DNA of 64,000 bases. Origin: Candidatus Effluviviaceae Genus I sp. Lineage in GTDB: Bacteria; Joyebacterota; Joyebacteria; Joyebacterales; Joyebacteraceae. Of this stretch, positions 30,475-38,061 are shown in pieces; within the stretch, counting starts at the first letter, position 1; the number at the start of each line of letters is the position of its first letter. The stretch is from contig VGIX01000003.1 of the NCBI GenBank assembly GCA_016867725.1, forward strand, positions 26,866 through 90,865, written 5' to 3'. Made by a program: the position numbers and the translations under genes. The notes under the pieces are model-generated. The model made no database searches. It saw only the letters and a list, made by a program, of their open reading frames with translations, and was not told the origin of the DNA.

Positions 30475-32099
30475 ACGCTGCGCCGGCCGGGACCGTGGAC
30501 TGGCGTCAGGTGAGGGCGCTCGTGGTGGCCGCGGTGAAGTGCGACCTCCGCACGTCGCGCGGCGGATACGGCAGCCACCGGGTCCCGCCTCTGATCCTGG
30601 CGCTCGCCGTCTACCTCCTGATGGGCACCTTCCTGTCGCTCGCGGTCCTCGCCGCGCGGGACCCGTTCGTCATCGCCCTCTTCACGCTGTCCGCCGCGCT
30701 CTTCATGACGGCACTCTCCGTCATCATGGACCACGGGATCGTGGTCGTGAGCCCGGAGGACTACGACGTCATCTCCTTCAGACCCGTCTCCTCCAGGACG
30801 TACTTCTGGGCCAAGATGGGGAACCTCCTCTTCTACACCGGAGCGACGGCGACGGCGCTCGCAGGGCCGACGGCGGTGATGGGGAGCCTCGCGCTGCCCG
30901 GCGGCGCGCGGTTCGGCTTCTCGTACCTCGCGCTGGCGCTTCTCGGGTGCACCGCGGCCGCGGCGTTCATCGTCGTCGCGTATTCCGCGGCCCTCAAGGT
31001 CGTGAGCTACGGCCGTCTCACCGCGGCGATGACGTACGTGCACATGGGGGCGACGCTCGTCCTCACGCTCGGTTACGTGTTCCTGCCGCAGCTCGTCGGA
31101 AGGGATGTCGGGCTCCTAGCGGTCCGGCGAGGCGCGTGGATGTACTGGGCGCCGCCGGCGTGGTTCGCCGGTGGCGTGGGACTCCTGTCCGGCGGGGGAG
31201 TGGCTGGGGACGGCGCGCTGCTCGCCCTCGCGCTCGCGTCCTCCGCGCTTGCGTTCGCCGCCGCGTCGCGGACGGTCTCGAACGACTACTCGCGGAGGAT
31301 CAGCGAGCTCGCGCTCGAGGCCCCGCCCGCGCAGTCCGGCCGCGGAGGGCTCGCGCGCGCGACCTCCTGGCTGTCCGCGTACGGCCTCGTCTTCTGTCGC
31401 TCGAGCGCGGAGAGGGCCGGGTACGAGCTCATGCGGGCGTACATGACACGAGACAGAAAACTGCGCTCGCGGATCTACCCGGCGTTCGGGCTGCCGCTCG
31501 CCGCGTACGTGTACGGCCTGGCGAGCGGGTCCTTCCGCACGCCGCCCTCCGGAGCCGAGCGCATGGACGTGCTCACGATCCTCGGGCTCTACTGCGTGTT
31601 CGTCAGCTTCTTCTTCACGTCGGCCATGGGGATGTCCGAGCACTGGCGCGCGAGCTGGGTGTTCCACGCGGCGCCGCTCAGGAGACGCTCCGAGCTGCTC
31701 GTCGGCGCGAGGAAGCTGGTGCTGCTGGGGTACATCCTGCCGTTCTTCGCGCTGCTGTTCCTGCTGCTCGCGGCGGCGATGCCGCTCCGGGCGCTGGCGC
31801 CCTACTGGGCGCTGGTGCTCCTGTCGTCGCTGCTCGCGTTCGCGCTGCTCTCGTTCGGCGCGCCGCATCATCCGCTCTCGCAGTCGGTCGAGCGGGCCAG
31901 TCGCACGGCGCAGCTCGGGCTCATCGTCGTGTTCGGCGCGCTCATGGCGGTCATCGCGGCGGCGAGACGGGCGATGACGGAGACGCCGCTGGCCGGGGTC
32001 ATCGTGCTGGCCGTCTTCGCGCTCGCGGTCGTGGGAGCCGAAGCGGTGCTGCGCGGCAGACTCGAGAAACGGCTTGCGGAGCAGGAGTTCCTCGGCTAG
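30471..32099 (+). CDS. ABC transporter permease, large multi-TM (542 aa)
   Basis: About 10-12 predicted TM segments; GTGA overlap with the ATPase. Confidence 0.6.
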   Translation: MNAAPAGTVDWRQVRALVVAAVKCDLRTSRGGYGSHRVPPLILALAVYLLMGTFLSLAVLAARDPFVIALFTLSAALFMTALSVIMDHGIVVVSPEDYDVISFRPVSSRTYFWAKMGNLLFYTGATATALAGPTAVMGSLALPGGARFGFSYLALALLGCTAAAAFIVVAYSAALKVVSYGRLTAAMTYVHMGATLVLTLGYVFLPQLVGRDVGLLAVRRGAWMYWAPPAWFAGGVGLLSGGGVAGDGALLALALASSALAFAAASRTVSNDYSRRISELALEAPPAQSGRGGLARATSWLSAYGLVFCRSSAERAGYELMRAYMTRDRKLRSRIYPAFGLPLAAYVYGLASGSFRTPPSGAERMDVLTILGLYCVFVSFFFTSAMGMSEHWRASWVFHAAPLRRRSELLVGARKLVLLGYILPFFALLFLLLAAAMPLRALAPYWALVLLSSLLAFALLSFGAPHHPLSQSVERASRTAQLGLIVVFGALMAVIAAARRAMTETPLAGVIVLAVFALAVVGAEAVLRGRLEKRLAEQEFLG

Positions 32100-32184
32100 C
32101 TTGTCTCTGGTGCTGGGGGGGACGGAGGCCCCGCGCAGCATCTAGCCGCCCGGGATCGCGACGGACTCAACAGAAAGGACCACG

Positions 32185-32397
32185 ATGCCCGACACGGTGA
32201 CGAAGAGCATGTCGATCGGTGAGATCGTCCAGAAGCACCCGGAGACCGTCCCGGTGTTCATGAAGCACGGGCTGCACTGCCTGGGCTGCGCGATCGCCTC
32301 GTTCGAGTCGCTCGAGCAGGGAGCTCAGGCCCATGGAATCGATGCGGATGCTCTGGTGAAGGGACTCAACGAAGCGATCGTGGGCGACGGCAAGTAG
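32185..32397 (+). CDS. DUF1858-domain protein (hybrid-cluster-protein-associated redox disulfide domain)
   Basis: MSIGEIV..HPETVPVF..HGLHCLGC pattern recalled for DUF1858/TIGR03980. Confidence 0.55.
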   Translation: MPDTVTKSMSIGEIVQKHPETVPVFMKHGLHCLGCAIASFESLEQGAQAHGIDADALVKGLNEAIVGDGK

Positions 32398-32414
32398 CGG
32401 AGGGGGAGACGGCG

Positions 32415-32696
32415 ATGAAGCTGGACGACTTCAAGGTCTGGATCGACGAGCACGAAGGCTGGGAGTACGAGGCCGACGACCGCGGGCTCCTGGTCCGCAA
32501 TGCCGACCTCGGGACGGCCACGCACTGCACGTTCGAGGCGATCGAGAAGAACCCGATCGAGACCATCACCTCGGCCTGCACGCAGGGCCGCGACGTGGAC
32601 CACATCACGCGCGTGACGGGGTACTTCTCGAAGACGAGCGGATGGAACAAGGGCAAGACCGCGGAGCTCCGGGACCGTCACAGAAGCGACGTCTAG
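32415..32696 (+). CDS. small protein (93 aa) carrying an anaerobic-RNR (NrdD)-type glycyl-radical C-terminal motif
   Basis: C-terminal [25 protein letters not shown] resembles the NrdD glycyl-radical loop (R-x-x-G-Y ... (F/W)N-x-GK-x-x-E); strong RBS GGAGGGGGAG. Confidence 0.5.
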   Translation: MKLDDFKVWIDEHEGWEYEADDRGLLVRNADLGTATHCTFEAIEKNPIETITSACTQGRDVDHITRVTGYFSKTSGWNKGKTAELRDRHRSDV

Positions 32697-32709
32697 CGGC
32701 GCCGCCGCA

Positions 32710-32910
32710 GTGACCGCGCGTTGCGGGAACCGCGAGCGGAACCTGGCCGGCTGCAACTGCTCATACGAGCCGTGCAGCCGCAAGGGCGTCTGCTGCGAGT
32801 GCATCATGTATCACCGGAACGCCGGCGAGCTTCCGGCGTGCTTCTTCGAGGACCGCGTTGAGCGGACGTACGACCGCGCCATCGCGCGTTTCGTGAGAGA
32901 GAACTCCTGA
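32710..32910 (+). CDS. 8-cysteine mini-protein (66 aa), probable metal- or cluster-binding
   Basis: CX9CXCX4CX5CCXCX12C spacing; GC3-rich codon usage supports coding; GTG start with a weak RBS. Confidence 0.4.
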   Translation: MTARCGNRERNLAGCNCSYEPCSRKGVCCECIMYHRNAGELPACFFEDRVERTYDRAIARFVRENS

Positions 32911-32915
32911 GATCC

Positions 32916-33281
32916 GTGAGGGGGGAGGGCTCTCTGGCGCCCAGGATCGAGCACTACAGCTTCGGACGGGTCACGATCGACGGGAAGATCTACACCGCCG
33001 ACGTGGTCGTTCTGCCCGGACGCGTCATCGCCGGCTGGTGGAGGAAGGACGGACACCGGCTGGCGCCGGAGGACGTCGAGGACGTCCTGGCGGCGCGGCC
33101 GGCCTGTCTCGTCATCGGAACGGGAGCGTCGGGTCTCATGGAGGTCCCGCCGGAGACGACCGCGCTCCTCGAGGGCCGCGGCATCAGCGTCATCGTCAAG
33201 CCCACGGCCGAGGCCGTCGAGACCTACAACCGCCTCCGGGGAGACGGCCGGACGGCGGCCTGCCTGCATCTGACCTGCTAG
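32916..33281 (+). CDS. Mth938-like domain protein (DUF498/COG1504)
   Basis: HYSFGRVTIDGKIY.DVVVLPG ... LVIGTGASG ... VIVKPTAEAVETYN ... HLTC matches the Mth938-like family from start to the C-terminal HLTC. Confidence 0.65.
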   Translation: MRGEGSLAPRIEHYSFGRVTIDGKIYTADVVVLPGRVIAGWWRKDGHRLAPEDVEDVLAARPACLVIGTGASGLMEVPPETTALLEGRGISVIVKPTAEAVETYNRLRGDGRTAACLHLTC

Positions 33282-33356
33282 ACCACCTCGACGATCGACC
33301 TGCCTCGCGTCGCCCCGCGGACCGCTGGGAGCGCCGTCGGCGCCGCCATTGCGTCA

Positions 33357-33386
33357 TTGACGGCCTGACCCGACCTGTGCTATGAT
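33357..33386 (+). promoter_or_regulatory. strong sigma70-like promoter TTGACG-18-TATGAT preceding a ~230-nt structured leader
   Basis: Hexamers read directly; downstream hairpins include CGGCAG...CTGCCG, CGCGCC...GGCGCG and CACGA-ggag-TCGTG immediately before the RBS AAGGGAGGG. Confidence 0.5.
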
Positions 33387-33619
33387 GATTGTCGTGTGAG
33401 TCCATGTTGTGTCGGCAGCGGCGGTTCGCGCCGACTGCCGGTCGGTTGTGGGTGTTCTGGAGACACGGTGCCGGTCCGAGGGGCCGGAAGGGCATTTCTG
33501 CCGGAGGGAGGTGATTGGGAAGTCGATTCTCGGGTAGCGGGCCGCGCCTCACTCCGGGCGCGACCCAGCCAGTCCGTAGAAGTCCTGTCACGAGGAGTCG
33601 TGAACCAAGGGAGGGATCT

Positions 33620-34336
33620 ATGAGGACCCTGTTCGTTATCGCGGCCGCTCTGCTCTGCGTGACTCCGGCGTTCGCCACGGTGCACAACTACAGCTGGGAG
33701 AACGGCGGCACCGTCCTCGCCACCTACGGAGCCAACTGCGTCGGCATCGCGAACGTGTGCGGCCCGCAGAGCGGCATCTACGGCACAGGCAGCTCGGCGC
33801 CCGGTGGCTCCGCGGGCTTCACCGTCCCCGGCGCCTGCCAGGGCAACTGCTACCTGCACGTCGCCGAGGACCCGCACACCGGGACGCCGTCCGTCGTCGT
33901 GGCGTGGATCAAGGGGCTCCAGATCGGTGACACGATCTTCGCCAACATCTGCCTGTACGACCCCTTCGAGGGCAGCTCCACGTTCCCGGGCATGAGGATC
34001 TGGGGCGCCTACACCTCCTGCACCGACCCGTCCGTGTACGAGGCGCCGGCCACGAACCCGTCGACCTACACCAACGGCAACCCCGCCTCGTGGAACACCG
34101 GGACCCCGGCCACGTCGTGGACCTGGACGTACAACGACGCCACGGACCCGACGGGCTGCTTCCGCATCGAGGTGCGCTTCTACAGCACGCCGCCGACGGC
34201 CAACCCTCAGCACACGGACTTCTTCGTCGACAACGTCACCGTCGAGGTCCCGAGCTACTGCGAAGTGATCTTCCCGCAGGGCCAGTCGCCGGTCGAGAGC
34301 AGCACGTGGGGCGTCATCAAGGCCCTGTATAGGTAG
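33620..34336 (+). CDS. secreted Cys-rich protein of unknown function
   Basis: Signal peptide MRTLFVIAAALLCVTPAFA; 12 Cys; Thr/Pro/Gly-rich; own promoter and terminator. Confidence 0.55.
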   Translation: MRTLFVIAAALLCVTPAFATVHNYSWENGGTVLATYGANCVGIANVCGPQSGIYGTGSSAPGGSAGFTVPGACQGNCYLHVAEDPHTGTPSVVVAWIKGLQIGDTIFANICLYDPFEGSSTFPGMRIWGAYTSCTDPSVYEAPATNPSTYTNGNPASWNTGTPATSWTWTYNDATDPTGCFRIEVRFYSTPPTANPQHTDFFVDNVTVEVPSYCEVIFPQGQSPVESSTWGVIKALYR

Positions 34337-34391
34337 GCCCAGGCGGCGCCGGCGGAGGATCTGCGCCGGACGCGCATCGAGGAGACGCAGG

Positions 34392-34421
34392 GGCCCCGTC
34401 GAAAGGCGGGGCCTCCTGTTT
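34392..34421 (+). terminator. intrinsic terminator-like hairpin GGCCCCG-tcgaaagg-CGGGGCC followed by UCCUGUUU
   Basis: 7-bp GC stem plus a U-containing tail directly after the secreted-protein stop. Confidence 0.5.
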
Positions 34422-34437
34422 GGGGAAGCCGGCCGCC

Positions 34438-34466
34438 TTGACACCCCCGCGCGGGCGTGCTAGGCT
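34438..34466 (+). promoter_or_regulatory. sigma70-like promoter TTGACA-17-TAGGCT
   Basis: Perfect -35 hexamer and a 17-nt spacer, upstream of the TPR membrane-protein gene. Confidence 0.5.
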
Positions 34467-34529
34467 CCCGACACCAGAAGGAGCAGCATCGCACCGGCCC
34501 CGAAGGCCCCCGAACCGGGGGAGGGGCCG

Positions 34530-35255
34530 GTGCGAGCACACGGACCGACCCGGGAGGACACGTTGGGGAAGCGCACGCGCGTCACGAAGAAGGCCCTCAA
34601 GCACGACGCCTTCGTCGACACCACGGCGAAGGGCACGAAGTTCATCGAGGAGCACATCAACCGGATCCTCATCGGCGCCGTCGTGCTCGTCGTGGCTGTC
34701 GGGGTGGTGTTCCTCGTGGTGCGCGGCCAGCGCAACGCCGCGCGGCAGGCCAGCGCGCTTCTCTCCGTCGCCACGGAGTCCCTCAGCTCGGGGCTTCTTG
34801 CCCAGGCCTCAGACCAGTTCACGGGCCTCATCGAGCAGTATCCCGGCACCAGAGCCGCCGGGGCGGCCACGTGCTATCTCGGCACGATCAGGTTCCACGA
34901 GAAGGACTTCGACGGCGCGCTCCAGCACTTCCAGACCTATCTCGACCGATACCGCAACCCCGGCAATCTCCGCAACCTCGCGCTCACCGGCAAGGCCTCC
35001 ATCCTCGAGCACCGCCGCGAGTTCGCGGCCGCCGCCGACGCCTATCTCGCCATCGCCGCAGATGCAGGGGACCAGCACGCCACGGCCGCCCTCAACCTCA
35101 TGAACGCCGTGCGCTGCTACCGCGCCCTGCAGGACTGGCAGAGCATGAAGGGCACCGCCGAGCGCGTCGTCCGCGACTATCCCGACACGCCGTCGGCAGG
35201 CGATGCCCGCATCGCTCTCGCCGAAGCGTCCGGCCTCCTTGGACCACAGCCGTAG
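34530..35255 (+). CDS. membrane-anchored TPR-like protein (YbgF/DUF-like)
   Basis: One N-terminal TM helix, then TPR-like helical repeats; GTG start with RBS GGGGGAGGGG. Confidence 0.5.
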   Translation: MRAHGPTREDTLGKRTRVTKKALKHDAFVDTTAKGTKFIEEHINRILIGAVVLVVAVGVVFLVVRGQRNAARQASALLSVATESLSSGLLAQASDQFTGLIEQYPGTRAAGAATCYLGTIRFHEKDFDGALQHFQTYLDRYRNPGNLRNLALTGKASILEHRREFAAAADAYLAIAADAGDQHATAALNLMNAVRCYRALQDWQSMKGTAERVVRDYPDTPSAGDARIALAEASGLLGPQP

Positions 35256-35475
35256 GGCACCAGGGCACCCCGAACACTCCGAGGTCCGGCTGTCCCGCCG
35301 CGCAGGTTCTCGGTCTTGCCTGTCTGTCGCATAATCCGCATTATGTAAACTATCGCACGGAGGCCTCGAGCCCGCTGCGACAGCAGCGGACACCCGACAG
35401 CGGCGCCCCGCTGCCGCGCCGCTCCCCCGCGCGTCGCGGGCGGCATCGGCGAACGGGAGCGCGTCCCGGGTGGCC

Positions 35476-37968
35476 CTACTGCTTCACGACGAGATTGAGC
35501 AGGCGGTCCTGCACGTAGATGACCCGAGCGAGGGACGGCTGATCGAGGTACTTGCTGAGCTTGTCGTTCCGGCGAGCCAGCTCGAGCACGTCGTCCTGGG
35601 AGGACCCGCGGATCGCCTCGACCTGCCCGCGCAGCTTGCCGTTGACCTGGACCGCGATGGTCGCCGTGTCATCCGTGGCCGCGGCCTCGTTCCACACCGG
35701 CCAGGGCCCTCTGAAGATGGACGTCACGCCGCCGGCGCGCTGCCAGAGCTCCTCGCCGAGGTGCGGGACCATCGGCGCGAGCAGCACCACGAGGCTGCGC
35801 ACGGCCTCGCCGATCACGGCGCGCTCGACGGGCGCCGGCGCGCGCCCTCCGAGCCCCTCCGCGAAGGACCTGGCGGCGTTCGCGAGCTCCATGACGGCGG
35901 CGACCGCCGTGTTGAAGCGGAACCCCTCGAAGTCGCGCGTGACCTTCCTGAGGGTCTGGTGGGTCTTCCTGTGCAGCGCCTCGACGCCGGCGGTCAGCTC
36001 CTGTCCCGCCAGCGCGGCGCCGTAGTCCGCGCGCGGATCGAACGGCCACTCCTCGGCCAGCGACCACACGCGGTTGAGGAACCTGTGGCACCCGTCGACC
36101 GACGCATCGGACCACTCCGCGTCCCGGTCCGGCGGGCCGATGAACAGCGTGTAGAGGCGTTCGGTGTCGGCGCCGTAGGCCGCGATGAGCTCGTCGGGCG
36201 GCACGACGTTGCCCTTCGACTTGGACATCTTCGAGCCGTCCTTGTAGATCATCCCCTGCGTGAAAAGCCGCTCGATCGGCTCGTCGAAGCCCAGAAGCCC
36301 CATGTCGTGCAGCGCCTTGGTCATGAACCTGACGAAGATCAGGTGCCCGCACGCGTGCTCCACGCCTCCTATGTACTGGTCCACCGGAAGCCACCGGTTG
36401 ACGTCCTCGCTCACGAACGGGGCGCGCTCCTCCCGAGGCGAGATGTACCGGAAGAGGTACCAGCTCGAGTCCATGAACGTGTCGATCGTGTCCGTCTCTC
36501 GCCGCCCCTGCCCCCCGCACCTCGGACACACAGCCGCCATGAAGGTCGGCGACGTCGAGAGGGGCGACTCGCCCTTGCCGGTGAGCCGGATGTCGGTCGG
36601 GAGCACCACAGGCAGATCGCGCTCCGGCACCGCCTGGAGTCCGCACCGTTCGCAGTAGATGATCGGGATCGGCGTGCCCCAGTAGCGCTGTCGCGAGATG
36701 AGCCAGTCGCGAAGGCGGTAGCTCACGGCGCGTCGCCCCGTCCCGTTCGCCTGCATCCAGTCGGCGATCCGCTCCATGCCCTCGCGGTTCGGCATCCCGT
36801 TGAACTCGCCCGAGCCGGTCAGGACCCCGTCCTCCACGTACGCCCCGTCCATGGCGTCCGGGGTGAGGCCTCCGGTCGGCCTATCGATGACGACGCGCAC
36901 GGGCAGCCCGTAGCGCCTGGCGAACTCGAAGTCCCGCTGGTCGTGCGCCGGGACCGCCATCACCGCGCCCGTCCCGTACTCCATCAGCACGTAGTTGGCC
37001 ACCCACACGGGAACCCGCTCGCCGGTGGCGGGGTTCACGACGTGCTTCCCGGTCCACATCCCTTCCTTCTCGACGTCGGCGGAGCTGCGCTCCAGCGTGC
37101 TCTGCCGCTTCGCGCGCTCTGCGAACGCCGCGACCTCGGTCTCTCTGCCTGTCCCCTCCGCCAGCGTCTGAAGCATGGGATGCTCCGGAGCGATGACCAT
37201 GTAGGTCACGCCGAAGACCGTGTCGGCTCGCGTCGTGAAGCACGGCAGCCGCTCACCCGTCTCCGGAACCCGGAAGTCGATTTCCACTCCCTCGCTTCGC
37301 CCGATCCAATGACGCTGCATCGCGCGCACGCGCTCCGGCCAGCCGCCCAGCCTGTCGAGCCCATCGAGCAGCCGATCGGCGTAGGCCGTGATCCGGAAGA
37401 ACCACTGCTCCAGGTCGCGCACGCCGACGGCCGTCTCGCAGCGCTCGCACTTCCCGCTGACGACCTGCTCGTTGGCGAGCACGGTCGCGCACGAGGGGCA
37501 CCAGTTCACTGGCGCCGACTTCCTGTAGGCGAGGTCACGCTCGAAGAGCTTCGTGAAGATCCACTGCGTCCACCGGTAGAAGCGCGGGTCGTGCGACGCG
37601 ATCTCGCGAGACCAGTCGTACCCTATCCCCCACCTGCGGAACTGCACCTTCATCTTGGCGATGTTCGCGTCCGTCCACAGCGCTGGATGGATGCCGCGCT
37701 CGATGGCGGCGTTTTCTGCGGGGAGCCCGAACGCATCCCACCCCATCGGCGAGAGCACCGTCCCCCCGCGCATCATGAGGTGACGGACCAGGGCGTCACC
37801 GATGATGTAGTTCCGCCCGTGCCCGACGTGGAGGTCACCGGACGGGTACGGGTACATCACCAGGCAGTAGAAGCCGCCTTCCGCCTCCGTCGGGCACTCG
37901 AAGAGACGGTCCTGCTCCCAGCGTTCCTGCCACTTCGGCTCGAGCTCTGCGAAGGGGTAGCGCTCCAT
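35476..37968 (-). CDS. leuS: leucine--tRNA ligase
   Basis: HVGHGRNY (HIGH) and KMSKS motifs; 830 aa. Confidence 0.92.
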   Translation of the reverse strand: MERYPFAELEPKWQERWEQDRLFECPTEAEGGFYCLVMYPYPSGDLHVGHGRNYIIGDALVRHLMMRGGTVLSPMGWDAFGLPAENAAIERGIHPALWTDANIAKMKVQFRRWGIGYDWSREIASHDPRFYRWTQWIFTKLFERDLAYRKSAPVNWCPSCATVLANEQVVSGKCERCETAVGVRDLEQWFFRITAYADRLLDGLDRLGGWPERVRAMQRHWIGRSEGVEIDFRVPETGERLPCFTTRADTVFGVTYMVIAPEHPMLQTLAEGTGRETEVAAFAERAKRQSTLERSSADVEKEGMWTGKHVVNPATGERVPVWVANYVLMEYGTGAVMAVPAHDQRDFEFARRYGLPVRVVIDRPTGGLTPDAMDGAYVEDGVLTGSGEFNGMPNREGMERIADWMQANGTGRRAVSYRLRDWLISRQRYWGTPIPIIYCERCGLQAVPERDLPVVLPTDIRLTGKGESPLSTSPTFMAAVCPRCGGQGRRETDTIDTFMDSSWYLFRYISPREERAPFVSEDVNRWLPVDQYIGGVEHACGHLIFVRFMTKALHDMGLLGFDEPIERLFTQGMIYKDGSKMSKSKGNVVPPDELIAAYGADTERLYTLFIGPPDRDAEWSDASVDGCHRFLNRVWSLAEEWPFDPRADYGAALAGQELTAGVEALHRKTHQTLRKVTRDFEGFRFNTAVAAVMELANAARSFAEGLGGRAPAPVERAVIGEAVRSLVVLLAPMVPHLGEELWQRAGGVTSIFRGPWPVWNEAAATDDTATIAVQVNGKLRGQVEAIRGSSQDDVLELARRNDKLSKYLDQPSLARVIYVQDRLLNLVVKQ

Positions 37969-38006
37969 GAGTTCTCTCGCTTCAGGTCGACCGACGCATA
38001 TGCGAA

Positions 38007-38033
38007 GGCCGGCACCGGGACACGGTGCCGGCC
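38007..38033 (-). terminator. perfect 11-bp GC hairpin (GGCCGGCACCG-ggaca-CGGTGCCGGCC) between the OMP gene and leuS
   Basis: Perfect inverted repeat in the 93-bp intergenic gap; no U-tract. Confidence 0.35.
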
Positions 38034-38061
38034 TCGAGTGCGGCGCGGTCTGGTGTCCCCG

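Noticed and set aside
33387-33619. Considered whether the long leader is a ZTP (pfl) or c-di-GMP riboswitch
   Set aside because: The conserved cores I remember for these classes are not recognisably present. A ZTP riboswitch would also be expected upstream of purH or folD, not a secreted protein. It is left as an unclassified structured leader.
33380-34444. 354-aa minus-strand ORF overlapping the promoter-driven secreted Cys-rich gene
   Set aside because: No RBS or recognisable features, and Arg/Pro-rich composition. The plus-strand gene has a signal peptide, promoter, RBS and terminator; the minus ORF is a shadow.
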